Source: an uncultured Verrucomicrobiota bacterium
GTDB taxonomy: Bacteria > Verrucomicrobiota > Kiritimatiellia > CAIVKH01
NCBI GenBank assembly: GCA_937996795.1
Contig: CALKUH010000012.1
Location: 84,144-116,143, forward strand
Length of the DNA stretch: 32,000 nt
Reading direction: 5' to 3'
Position 1 is the first letter of the stretch; each line of letters begins with the position of its first letter. The notes below the pieces were generated by a model. The model was given only the letters and a program-made list of their open reading frames with translations. It searched no databases and was not told the DNA's origin. Of this stretch, positions 16,703 to 25,533 are shown in pieces. Position numbers and translations under genes: made by a program.

Positions 16703-19700
16703 CTATTGCGGCAACCCGACGCGGATCTGGTAGGTGCGGTTGCTGGCGGCGGCGGGATGCGGCGTGGTGAGGATGCCGTCGTCAATCCACGTCAGGATGC
16801 CGCCGGTGCCCGGGATTGCATTCGTCGTGGCCTGGGTCCAGGCCGCGTTGAGCGGGCCGCTGTTGGCGTACCACACGTGGTATTCGCGCTGCGCCTTGCT
16901 CGGGAATCGCACGACCATTCCGTTGTTGGTCGGACTGGTCGCGTTCACGCGGAAGTAATCGGCGGCGTCGCCCGGATTGGTGTTTGAAATCCATTCCGCC
17001 GCGTTGTTCATCGTGTCGCCGTCCTGGTCGCCCGCGGCATCCGCGTTGTTGGTCGCGCTGAGGAAGCCATACTGGTCCTCAACCGTGTTCGGGATGCCGT
17101 CGCCGTCCCAGTCGGACATCATCGCGCGGAAGCGGAGGTCGAAGCTGAACGTGCCCGTGCCGAACAATTCCACCTGGTGAGTCTGCGCCTGGTTCCGCAT
17201 CTGGCGCGTGAAGAACAGGTTCCCGTCATCATCCACGGCATTCGTGTTCGCATTCGCGCTGTTGCCGGCGTCGGCATAGCCGATCTCGGCATTCACGGTG
17301 AACGCGTAGCTCGTGTTCGCAAGCCGCATCACACCGCCCGCATGCTGCTCGGCGCCGAGCGTGCGCTGGCCGTTCAGCAGCAGGTCGTACAGGTTCGGCG
17401 AAAGCCCGTTGCGCAGGTACAGCGTCTGGCCGTTCATGCCGCCCGCGAGCGCGTACTGCACGCGGAAGGCCCAGCTCTTCGGCGCCAGCGTGATCGTCTT
17501 GGTGATGTCGCCGTCGGCTGACACCGCACGCCAGCCGTTCGTCCAGTTCGTAAACGTGTACAGGTGGTTCACATAGTTCGTGCCGCCGCCCTTCGTGGCG
17601 TACCAGTCCTTGAGGCCCGATGTGCGATAGGCGCGCACGTTGCCGTTCGTGAAGTTGTTGAACTCGCCCTCCCACTCGCTCTCCGAACCGGAGTAGCCGG
17701 CCGGGTTGCCCACGACCTGGAAGATGCGGCCGCTCAATAAATCGCGCGTCCACGCCCCGACCATGCGTCCGCCGATGCGCTCGAAGATCGCGAACACGCG
17801 GTCGTTGTAGAGCACGTATTCATCCTCGCCGTCGAGGTCCACGTCCTCCGCCAGCGCCTGCGGCGTCGTCACGGAGCCCGCGAACGCGGCCCACGCGTCC
17901 ACGCGCTGGAACTTCCGCGCGAACCGCGTCTGCGACTGCGCATGACGCGAGAAGGATGCCAGGTTGTCGAACGTCGTGTCGGGCGACACGTAGGTGCCGA
18001 TGCTGAACCGCTCGAGGTTGTTGTTGTCCTCGTCGTGGAACGCGGTCTGGAACGCGGACGCGTGCATCACGCCGCGCGCGAGCTTGCCGAGGTTCGTGTC
18101 CGCCACGTTCTGCACCTGCGCCCACGCCTGCGACACGATGCCGCCGAAATAGAGCATGCCGTATTCCGTACCGAGCTTGACGCCGGGCCGGATGTCGAAC
18201 CGGTTGGTCTGCAACCCGTGCTCGGCGCCGGAGAGCCCGACGTACCAGTTGTCGAAGTCGTTGCGCGCCGCGTGCTGGATGTAGTTGTGGCTCAGCTTGT
18301 TTGTCGCCACGTTGCCGCGCTCGACGACCCACCAGTTGTCGCCAAACCCGTCGCGGTTCAGGTCCACCTGCCCGGTCAGCACATCCTCCAGCGCGACCAC
18401 CTCAATCCACGGGCGGTTTGCGATCCAGCGCAGGTTCCGGTCGTACGCATCGGCGTTCGCCTGCACCCCGAAGTCCTCCCAGTTGCTCAGCAGCACGAGG
18501 ACCTGGTCCTGCGCGCCCGCGCGGGCGCGGCGGTTGAAGATGCCGCGCAGTGGCATGTTCATGCCGTTGTCGTTGTTCTGGAACCGGTAGTTCGACGCGA
18601 AGTTGTTAATCACGAACGTCTTCGTGCCGTTGATCCGGTTGATCATGTAGCCGCCCTGCTCCAGCGAGGCGGTGCGGCCGAGCCAGTAGAACAGATGCGT
18701 GTCCTGGTCCACCAGCGTCGCGTCGTAGCCCATCTGCGCGATCTTGTTGAACGAGTCGCCGTCGAGCACACGCTCGGGCGGCCAGAAGATCGAGCTGCTC
18801 GTGAGGTCCACGCCGTAGATGTGCTCGAGGAACTCGCGCGCGAGGTTCGCGTTGTCCACGTTGTACTGCGGCGTGTAGTACGGCAGCACGTGGTCGGAGA
18901 AGGTGCTGCCCATCAGCCGCACCACGCCGTCGTCCGCGAGGCCCGCGATCCACTGGTTGAACGCCGGCCCGTCGCGCCACGGCGTGCCGTGCACGGGATC
19001 AACCGACGCCCACTGGATGGCCGACGCGAGCGTGGGCGTGATGTGCAGGTTCACGGGCTCGCCGTAGATTTCGTGGATCAACAGCATGCGCTGGTAGCCG
19101 GCGCCCGCGCCGTTGTTGATCAGTTTCTGGATCTCGCTGCCCGGCTGGATGTGCTGGTTGGCGTGCGCCACGAAGGCGACCTTCGCACGGCCCGCGAACG
19201 TGCCCTTGTTGTAGTAGTTCACCAGCGCGTTCTGGATGCTGCCCTGCGCCTGCCAGTAGTCCTCCGCGACGTGGTCGTCGTAGATCGTGTCGCGCACGTC
19301 GTTGCGACCGCCAATGTCGCCGGCGCCCGGCGTGCTGCCCGTGCCGCAGGAGTTGCAGGTGCCGTCCTTCGTGCTGAACACCTGGAAGTTCAGCGAATTG
19401 ATGTTGCCGTTCCAGCCCGCGTCGATCAGCGCCTGGCGGTTGATGCTGAACTCGACGGCGTCGAGTTCCGAGTTGTAGTAGGACGCGCGGAATCCGGTCG
19501 AATGGTTCTGGTCGCGCCGCTCGACGCCGAACGCCGTCAGGTTGCCGCCGTGCGCCTGGATGGTCGAGTTGCTCCCCGGGTTCGTGTCCACGTACACCGC
19601 GCCGGAACCCGACTGGTACGCCGCCACCACCACCTCCCAGCGGCTGCTGGTGATGAGGTCCACATCGTCCGGCAGCGCCATTTCGCCCGACAGAGGATTG

Positions 19701-22700
19701 CCGGTGTCGATGACCACGTACAGGTCGAGGAACCCCTCCTCCGCCAGCGGCTGCAGGTCGTGCATATCCACGCGGAAGTAAAACTCGCCCGTGTCCGGTC
19801 CGCCGTCGCGCGCATAGAACGCCACGATGTCGCGCGAGGTGTCGAAGCCATCCCACCCGAGATACAGGTCGCCGCCCTGGTTGTTCGGGCCGTCGCCTTC
19901 GTACTCATCGAGCACGATCAGGTCGTCCCACTCCCAGTCGATGAACTCGCCGTAATTCGTCACGCCGTTCACGACCCCGAGCACGTTCGTGCCGCGGCCG
20001 ATGATGATGGAGCCTTCCGGCGGCGGCCCGCAGTTCTCCGCCTGCCGCGGGTTCGTGCCGTTCACGAATTCCAGCAGGTTGTAGTACGCGTTGGTCGTGT
20101 TGCAGATCACGTCGCCGTCCGGATTGCCGAACGCGCCGTTGTCGGTGTTCGCGATGATCCCGCCGGTGCGCATGTTCGTGTGGCCGATCGTGCCGTTGTC
20201 CCACGGATCGAGCCCGTACTGGACCTCCCAGCCGTCCGGCAATCCATCGCCGTCCGTGTCCTTGTTCAGCGGATCGGTCTCCGTCCACAACTCCCCGGCA
20301 TTCCAGATACGGTTCGAGTTGCTGTCGCCGTCGATGCGCCCGTTGAAGTTCTTGTCCTCGCCCCAGCCGTCGCTGAGCCCATCCTCGTCCGAATCGTTTT
20401 TCGTCGGGCTCGTCTCGGTCCAGGTCTCACCGGCATTGATGAGGTTGTCCGGCCAGTTGCGCGCGAGCCACGGATCCCAGGTGGGATCAATGGGAGCGCC
20501 GTCGCCATCCACCCAGCCGTTCCGGTTCGCGTCCTCCACGCCATCCGGGATGCCGTCGTAATCCGAGTCGGGGTTGTTCGGGTCGGTCATCGTCCCGCGC
20601 ACGAGCCGCGTGCGGTCGCCTCCCTCGTTCTGGCTGTTGACGCCGGGCACCTTGCCGAAGTTGTCGAGCGTATTGAAGAACGGCGGGTCGAGGTCGGACG
20701 CAAAATTGCGCCAGCCGTCGCCGTTCGTGTCCACATTGGTGTCCGTCGCGCTCAGCGGCGCGCGCCAGCCGCTTTCGAGGCCGTCCGGCAGCCCGTCGCC
20801 ATCGGAGTCCGGCATCAGCGGGTCGGTCTTGCCATAAATCCGCCAGATGTGGACATCGGAGTTGTCCCACGTTTCCGAGTTCGTCGGCGGCAGGTTGGTC
20901 GCGCTGTTTTCGGCGTCGTCGTACAACCCGTCATCGTCGTCATCCAAATCGTTGGTGTTGCTGTTCACCGACTGGCGGAAGACCACGGTCGCGTTGCGCG
21001 TGGCGCTGGCCTCCACCGTGCCGACGTTGTTGTTCGTGTCCACGCGCGCGAAGATCGTGTAGCTGCCCGGCGCGGTGATGTTGGTCCACATGAAGTCCCA
21101 CTTGAGCCGGTTAGCGTTCACCTGCCGCGGGTTCGGGTCCACGCGGAACGCGGTGAGGTTGGTGGCCGTCGCGCCCGGGTAGCCGGCGGTCAGCACCGCG
21201 TTCGTCGGGTTGAGCACCTGCGCCACGGCGAGGGTGTGCGTCGTGATCTTCACGCTGCTGCCGGTCTGCAGCTCCACGTCGAGGCGCGGCTGCAACAGCG
21301 CGGCGACATTCGTCACCGAATTGGTCGGGAACGGGTCGGCGATGTAGAGCTGCGTCTGCGACACGACCTGCGTGACCGTCAGGTTGAGCCCGGCGATGCG
21401 GATGGTGTTGCCCGCGCGGATGTCGTTGGTGAAGGTCGTGCCGCTGCCGGAGACCAGCGTGTTCGATTCGGTGACCGAGACGTTGCCCAGGCTCTTCGCG
21501 CGGGCAACGACGAGCGTGCTGCCGTTGACCACGTCGATCCACCCGGCCACCGGGTTCTCAACGGACGTCAGCTTGTAGGCGCTGCCCGCGTTGTTCGCGA
21601 ACTCGATCCAGACCTCCTTCGCGTTGAGGTCCGTGTCCACCTGGATCGGATAACTCCGCTGCTCCGGCGCCGGCGACGCGACATCCGGCAGCACGATCAC
21701 ATACGGCTTGCCGACGGAATCCACCTCGGGAGGATTCACGATCGACACGAACGCGCCCGTCGCCTCGGAGAACGCGCGGATGATGCGGAACGCCTCCAGC
21801 AGCACGTTGCCGCCGGTCAGGTGCGTGACCTCGATGCTGTGCAGGAAGTTGGTGTCGCCGTTGAACAGGTCCGGCAGCGTGAACAGCAGGTCGTGCGTAT
21901 CCGCCGTCGTGTTCCAGTCCACCGTGAAGTTCTTGGGCTGCGCGGAGCCGTTGATGCGGACGAGGAAGCGGCTCTTCAGCGTGTCCTCGCTGATGCTGTC
22001 GGCGAGCGACTTGCTGAAGCGCACGCGCATCACATAGTCCCACTGGTCGTTGATGAGCTGGCCGTCCGTCTGCGGGAACGCGACGAACATCGACTGCGTG
22101 GGGCCGGCGGTGTTCACGATGCGGTTCAGCGTGCGGAACCAGCCGTTCGAGTCGTTCAGCGTGAGGTTCGTGGACGACGAGATTTCCGCGAGCCGCACCT
22201 GCACCGTCGCGACGCCCGCCGCCGGGATGTTGCGGTAGGTGAAGCGCCACTCGTCGGGGAACTCGCTCTGGATGTTCAGGCTCGGCGTGACGCCGTTCGC
22301 CTTCACCCATGCGAGCTGGCCGAGCGCATTGGTGCCGTTGCCGTTCGGGTTGCCGGTGTTCGCGTCGTCGTTCAGCGGGTTGGCATCCTGGATGTTGAAG
22401 TAGACGTCGCGCGCCGTCGGGTCGGTGCGGACGACGAAACCGTATTCCTGCGACGGCAGCGTGTCGCCGTCCGCCGCCGCGAACACGATGCGGCCCGTCG
22501 GCGGCTGCGTATCGTAGTAGAACGTCTGGACAAAGGTGTTGAAGAGCGACGCCTGGCTGGTGCGCTCGAGGAAGGCGCGCCCGCGCAGGACATGGAATCC
22601 TTCGTTCAGGCCGACCTGCGTCGCGCCGTAGTCAAAGTGCGGCTTGTGCGCCACCGCCGCCGCGTTGAAGTTCGTGACCTCCCACTCGCCGAGCAACCGC

Positions 22701-25366
22701 TTCTTCAGGCTCACCACGGAGGCGTTGACCGGATACGGCACATACCACGCCGCGTTGCCCGATCCGTCCTGCCGGCGGTACATCCCGATCTTGTAGCGCA
22801 GCACCGTGCCGTTCGGCATCGCCGGCAGCGTCGCGCGCCACCAATCCACGTTGCCGTCCGGATTGTCGGCCGCCACCCAGAACATCTCGGCAACCTTCGT
22901 ATTGCCGACGCCCTGCCCCGCCGCACCCTCCGGGAAAGAGGTCCCGTCAGTGGTGTAGTAGACGTACGCCTTGTTCGCGTCGAACTTGTATCCCGCCTTG
23001 ACCCAGATATCCACCGGGTCGCCATCCGCGTCCTCCGGCGGGGGCGTGAAGTGGGTCTGGGGCGACTGGTTGGTCGCGGTGATAAAGGCCGCGGGGTCGT
23101 GGAAGGCGAACTCGACCGACTCGGCGTCCGACCAGTCATTCGTGCCGGTGCCGGCAAAATTCGTCACGCCCGCCGTGCCGATCACGGCCTGGTAACTCTC
23201 CGACCCGGGCGAGCCATACTGGTTGCGGTTGGAATCCTTCGCCGCGAACTTTTCGCGCCCGACCGTGCGCTGCACAAACTGCGCGGTCTCATACCCGAGG
23301 TACACGTCCGTCGCCTTGCCCGGCCGGTTCTCGCGGTTCAGCGCCCAATCCGCGTTGTTTGTCTCGCCAATGCCCATCTGCGAATTGATGTTGATGCCGC
23401 CATCGAGCTTCATCAGCACGTCCTTCGCCGAGCCGTCCACGCGCACCGAGAACCGCAGGTTCGTCCCGGAGGTGATCCGCGGCACGGTCCAGGTGTACTT
23501 GAAGTCGCCGGCCGTGTCGCCGGGCACGCCGTAGGGATTGAAGTTCGCGTCGCCGCTCGGCCCGTCGCGCCGATCGTAGGACACCGTCGGCGCGCGCGCG
23601 CCGTTCTGGTAGATCTCGACCGGCTTGCCGCCGATCGTCCGCCACGCGTCGGACTCCTCCGGCGTGCGCGGCGCGAAGGCGAAGTAGCCGCCCGGCGGCA
23701 CGATCACGGAATTGAGCTGCGAGGCATAGACGTAGAACCCGCCGCCGTAGGTCGAGTAGTTGTAGAGGTACGTGTCATCCACAAACGGTGTCTTGCCGAA
23801 CTGCACGTTGCCGACGACGGAGCGCGAGGCGCCGGCGGAATAGTTGTCGTTCATCATGAACAGCAGCGTCGCCCAGTCCTTGCCGTTCGACCCGCCCTCG
23901 CGCTTGTCGATGCGGTGATAGGCGAGGAAATCGTTGTCGCCCCACACGCCCCACTGCTCGCCGCGCGCGAAGTGGTTGTGGATGTAGACGAGGTTCGGCA
24001 GGCGCTGGTCGCCGAACTGGCCGAGGAAGGCGGTGTTCGCGTGGCGCGGGAACGCGCCGCCGGATTGCGCGAGCGTTTCCGACTGGTAGTTGCCGTCGGA
24101 ATAGACGTTCGGCAACCCCGCGCGGGTCATGTAGAAGGCGTACTGTAGCTCGCGCGCCTTGGCGTAATCGCTGTCGTGGCTGTGTGCAAACTGGACGCCT
24201 TGACCCGCGCTGAACATGCTGCCGCCGCCGGGCTGATCGAGTCCCGAGAGATTACCCCATGATTCTCCCAGAATGCCGTTGAGGTGGTCTCTCAGCGGCG
24301 CATCCTTGAGGCGCATGCCTGCATCAATGTAGCCGAAAAATCCTGGCGGCTGGGCAAGATGCTCGCCGAACATCATCGCGTCGTCGCGCGGAACCTCGGT
24401 GTCGAACACCGAGTTGCGGTGGTTGTTGTCCAATCCGTCACCATTGAACCCGCGCGCGCGGTTGAACGCGACCTGCGCCTGTCCGCAATAGCCCGCGTCG
24501 CTCTCATCCTTTCCGATGCCCGACTGCTGGCCGAAGAAGAAGTCCGGCACATGTTTCACCGCATCAAGACGAAGGCCGTCTGCCTTTGAAATCTCCATCA
24601 GCCAGCGCACCGAGCGCATCAGGTAGCCGCCGACATCCTCGGAATAAAAGGACTGGTTGCTGTTGATCAGGCCCGTCGTGATGTTCGTATTGCCGAAGCC
24701 CAAATAGCCGAGCGTCGGGTGGAAATCGTAGTACTCGGGATTGTTCGGATGTCGAACGAAGCTGACCTTCGGATAGGTGCCGCCTTCGAACCGGCCGAAG
24801 TTCGCATTCGGCGATTCCTGCGCGATGTCGATCAGGTCCGAGAAGTTGCGGTTCTGCAACTGCCAGGCGTCATTCCAGTCGGCCACATTGTCCCACTTGC
24901 GATAGAACCCGTCCTCCGTCACACGCAGATGGAAATCCTCCGGCACCATGCCGGGATACAAATCAATCGGCGTCGTCTCGTTGTACCCGGGGATGTCGAA
25001 CGCCCGGTGGTTCATGATGTTGTCGATGTAGATGCGGATGCCGAACCGCTGCGCCGTCTGCACCATGCGGAGGAACTCCGCCTGCGTGCCGTAGCGCGTG
25101 CGCACCGTGTTGCGCTGGTCCTTGCCGCCCAAGTCGAACGGGTCCCAGAGATCGTAGCCCACCGACAGCCCGCCGCTGCCCTTCGTCGGCGGCGGAATCC
25201 AGATCGACCCGTAGCCGACCTCCGCCAACTCCGGCATCTTGTCGATCATGTCGCGCCAACTCGTGTTAAAGAGCTGGATCATCACTTCCGCGCGCCCCAA
25301 CATCGGAAGCGCCAACAGAAACAAGGCCAGCATGCGCAATTTGCTGCCGAAGACTCTCATCATCAC
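16703..25366 (-). CDS. Giant secreted multidomain alpha-glucan-active protein (2887 aa): GH13 amylase, unassigned beta-rich region, TSP3 repeats, GH57-like module, C-terminal TSP3 pair and tail
   Basis: Single uninterrupted ORF with a signal peptide, balanced amino-acid composition and recognisable motifs throughout (see sub-features). The 2068-aa + strand ORF 17942..24148 is its Arg/Val/Ala/His-rich antisense shadow. Confidence 0.9.
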   Translation of the reverse strand: MMMRVFGSKLRMLALFLLALPMLGRAEVMIQLFNTSWRDMIDKMPELAEVGYGSIWIPPPTKGSGGLSVGYDLWDPFDLGGKDQRNTVRTRYGTQAEFLRMVQTAQRFGIRIYIDNIMNHRAFDIPGYNETTPIDLYPGMVPEDFHLRVTEDGFYRKWDNVADWNDAWQLQNRNFSDLIDIAQESPNANFGRFEGGTYPKVSFVRHPNNPEYYDFHPTLGYLGFGNTNITTGLINSNQSFYSEDVGGYLMRSVRWLMEISKADGLRLDAVKHVPDFFFGQQSGIGKDESDAGYCGQAQVAFNRARGFNGDGLDNNHRNSVFDTEVPRDDAMMFGEHLAQPPGFFGYIDAGMRLKDAPLRDHLNGILGESWGNLSGLDQPGGGSMFSAGQGVQFAHSHDSDYAKARELQYAFYMTRAGLPNVYSDGNYQSETLAQSGGAFPRHANTAFLGQFGDQRLPNLVYIHNHFARGEQWGVWGDNDFLAYHRIDKREGGSNGKDWATLLFMMNDNYSAGASRSVVGNVQFGKTPFVDDTYLYNYSTYGGGFYVYASQLNSVIVPPGGYFAFAPRTPEESDAWRTIGGKPVEIYQNGARAPTVSYDRRDGPSGDANFNPYGVPGDTAGDFKYTWTVPRITSGTNLRFSVRVDGSAKDVLMKLDGGININSQMGIGETNNADWALNRENRPGKATDVYLGYETAQFVQRTVGREKFAAKDSNRNQYGSPGSESYQAVIGTAGVTNFAGTGTNDWSDAESVEFAFHDPAAFITATNQSPQTHFTPPPEDADGDPVDIWVKAGYKFDANKAYVYYTTDGTSFPEGAAGQGVGNTKVAEMFWVAADNPDGNVDWWRATLPAMPNGTVLRYKIGMYRRQDGSGNAAWYVPYPVNASVVSLKKRLLGEWEVTNFNAAAVAHKPHFDYGATQVGLNEGFHVLRGRAFLERTSQASLFNTFVQTFYYDTQPPTGRIVFAAADGDTLPSQEYGFVVRTDPTARDVYFNIQDANPLNDDANTGNPNGNGTNALGQLAWVKANGVTPSLNIQSEFPDEWRFTYRNIPAAGVATVQVRLAEISSSTNLTLNDSNGWFRTLNRIVNTAGPTQSMFVAFPQTDGQLINDQWDYVMRVRFSKSLADSISEDTLKSRFLVRINGSAQPKNFTVDWNTTADTHDLLFTLPDLFNGDTNFLHSIEVTHLTGGNVLLEAFRIIRAFSEATGAFVSIVNPPEVDSVGKPYVIVLPDVASPAPEQRSYPIQVDTDLNAKEVWIEFANNAGSAYKLTSVENPVAGWIDVVNGSTLVVARAKSLGNVSVTESNTLVSGSGTTFTNDIRAGNTIRIAGLNLTVTQVVSQTQLYIADPFPTNSVTNVAALLQPRLDVELQTGSSVKITTHTLAVAQVLNPTNAVLTAGYPGATATNLTAFRVDPNPRQVNANRLKWDFMWTNITAPGSYTIFARVDTNNNVGTVEASATRNATVVFRQSVNSNTNDLDDDDDGLYDDAENSATNLPPTNSETWDNSDVHIWRIYGKTDPLMPDSDGDGLPDGLESGWRAPLSATDTNVDTNGDGWRNFASDLDPPFFNTLDNFGKVPGVNSQNEGGDRTRLVRGTMTDPNNPDSDYDGIPDGVEDANRNGWVDGDGAPIDPTWDPWLARNWPDNLINAGETWTETSPTKNDSDEDGLSDGWGEDKNFNGRIDGDSNSNRIWNAGELWTETDPLNKDTDGDGLPDGWEVQYGLDPWDNGTIGHTNMRTGGIIANTDNGAFGNPDGDVICNTTNAYYNLLEFVNGTNPRQAENCGPPPEGSIIIGRGTNVLGVVNGVTNYGEFIDWEWDDLIVLDEYEGDGPNNQGGDLYLGWDGFDTSRDIVAFYARDGGPDTGEFYFRVDMHDLQPLAEEGFLDLYVVIDTGNPLSGEMALPDDVDLITSSRWEVVVAAYQSGSGAVYVDTNPGSNSTIQAHGGNLTAFGVERRDQNHSTGFRASYYNSELDAVEFSINRQALIDAGWNGNINSLNFQVFSTKDGTCNSCGTGSTPGAGDIGGRNDVRDTIYDDHVAEDYWQAQGSIQNALVNYYNKGTFAGRAKVAFVAHANQHIQPGSEIQKLINNGAGAGYQRMLLIHEIYGEPVNLHITPTLASAIQWASVDPVHGTPWRDGPAFNQWIAGLADDGVVRLMGSTFSDHVLPYYTPQYNVDNANLAREFLEHIYGVDLTSSSIFWPPERVLDGDSFNKIAQMGYDATLVDQDTHLFYWLGRTASLEQGGYMINRINGTKTFVINNFASNYRFQNNDNGMNMPLRGIFNRRARAGAQDQVLVLLSNWEDFGVQANADAYDRNLRWIANRPWIEVVALEDVLTGQVDLNRDGFGDNWWVVERGNVATNKLSHNYIQHAARNDFDNWYVGLSGAEHGLQTNRFDIRPGVKLGTEYGMLYFGGIVSQAWAQVQNVADTNLGKLARGVMHASAFQTAFHDEDNNNLERFSIGTYVSPDTTFDNLASFSRHAQSQTRFARKFQRVDAWAAFAGSVTTPQALAEDVDLDGEDEYVLYNDRVFAIFERIGGRMVGAWTRDLLSGRIFQVVGNPAGYSGSESEWEGEFNNFTNGNVRAYRTSGLKDWYATKGGGTNYVNHLYTFTNWTNGWRAVSADGDITKTITLAPKSWAFRVQYALAGGMNGQTLYLRNGLSPNLYDLLLNGQRTLGAEQHAGGVMRLANTSYAFTVNAEIGYADAGNSANANTNAVDDDGNLFFTRQMRNQAQTHQVELFGTGTFSFDLRFRAMMSDWDGDGIPNTVEDQYGFLSATNNADAAGDQDGDTMNNAAEWISNTNPGDAADYFRVNATSPTNNGMVVRFPSKAQREYHVWYANSGPLNAAWTQATTNAIPGTGGILTWIDDGILTTPHPAAASNRTYQIRVGLPQ
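16706..17116 (-). other. C-terminal TSP3 pair and ~90-aa terminal domain of the giant protein
   Basis: DWDGDGIPNTVED and DQDGDTMNNAAEW are followed by ADYFRVNATSPTNNGMVVRFPSKAQREYHVWYANSG...RTYQIRVGLPQ, which is beta-strand-like with no recognised sorting motif. Confidence 0.5.
17132..19189 (-). other. GH57-like module (about aa 2060-2745) including a DUF1926-like C-terminal beta-sandwich
   Basis: By-eye alignment to the five GH57 conserved regions. Region I is VAHANQH (vs HQHQP). Region II is GVVRLMGSTFSDHVLPYY (vs GQLEIV..PYYHP). Region III is FWPPERV (vs WLTERV, nucleophile E2198 at 18773-18775). Region IV is SNWEDFG (vs DDGEKFG). Region V is ASAFQTAFH (vs AQCNDAYWH). DVDLDGEDEYVLYNDRVFAIFERIGGRMVGAW resembles the DLDGDG..E..L.N start of the GH57-associated C-terminal domain. 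Confidence 0.55.
20192..20950 (-). repeat. Thrombospondin type-3-like calcium-binding repeat region (about aa 1473-1725)
   Basis: Repeated DxDxDG-type motifs: DLDDDDDGLYDD, DSDGDGLPDGLE, DTNGDGW, DSDYDGIPDGVED, DSDEDGLSDGWGED, DKNFNGRIDGD, DTDGDGLPDGWE. There are three copies of a longer unit of the form (S/G)E(T/L)W...DP...D(S/T)DGDGLPDG. Confidence 0.8.
23657..25288 (-). other. GH13 alpha-amylase-family catalytic domain (about aa 27-570) with the full catalytic triad
   Basis: All four GH13 conserved regions were read. Region I is IYIDNIMNH (D115 at 25022-25024). Region II is DGLRLDAVKH (nucleophile D268 at 24563-24565). Region III is MMFGEH (acid/base E335 at 24362-24364). Region IV is FAHSHD (D398 at 24173-24175). 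Confidence 0.85.
25289..25366 (-). other. Signal peptide of the giant protein (about aa 1-26)
   Basis: MMMRVFGSKLRMLALFLLALPMLGRA-EV: a basic n-region, a Leu-rich h-region and an A-x-A-like cleavage site. Confidence 0.7.
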
Positions 25367-25533
25367 ACCCCATCATTCGCGAAACGCCCAGAGCACCCAA
25401 TGCAGCTAACCAATACACCGAGATGCAGGCCAATCTAGTACAGAATTACACAGCCGTAAGAATTGGGTAAAGATAAAACGTTTTACTTGATTGGGGTCAG
25501 CGCCCTCGTTTATACGGCGTATACAGTACCGCT

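Noticed and set aside
17942-24148. 2068-aa ORF on the + strand, the second-longest in the track
   Set aside because: It lies entirely antisense to the giant GH13/GH57-like gene. Its composition is dominated by Arg/Val/Ala/His/Gly/Asp with no signal peptide or motifs. Long stop-free antisense frames are expected in GC-rich genes with high GC3.
25487-25514. TTGATT-N16-TTTATA promoter-like hexamers upstream of the GT-C gene
   Set aside because: This is plausible, but the hexamers sit in an AT-rich spacer where such matches arise by chance. They would leave almost no leader and no Shine-Dalgarno, so this is not reported as a feature.
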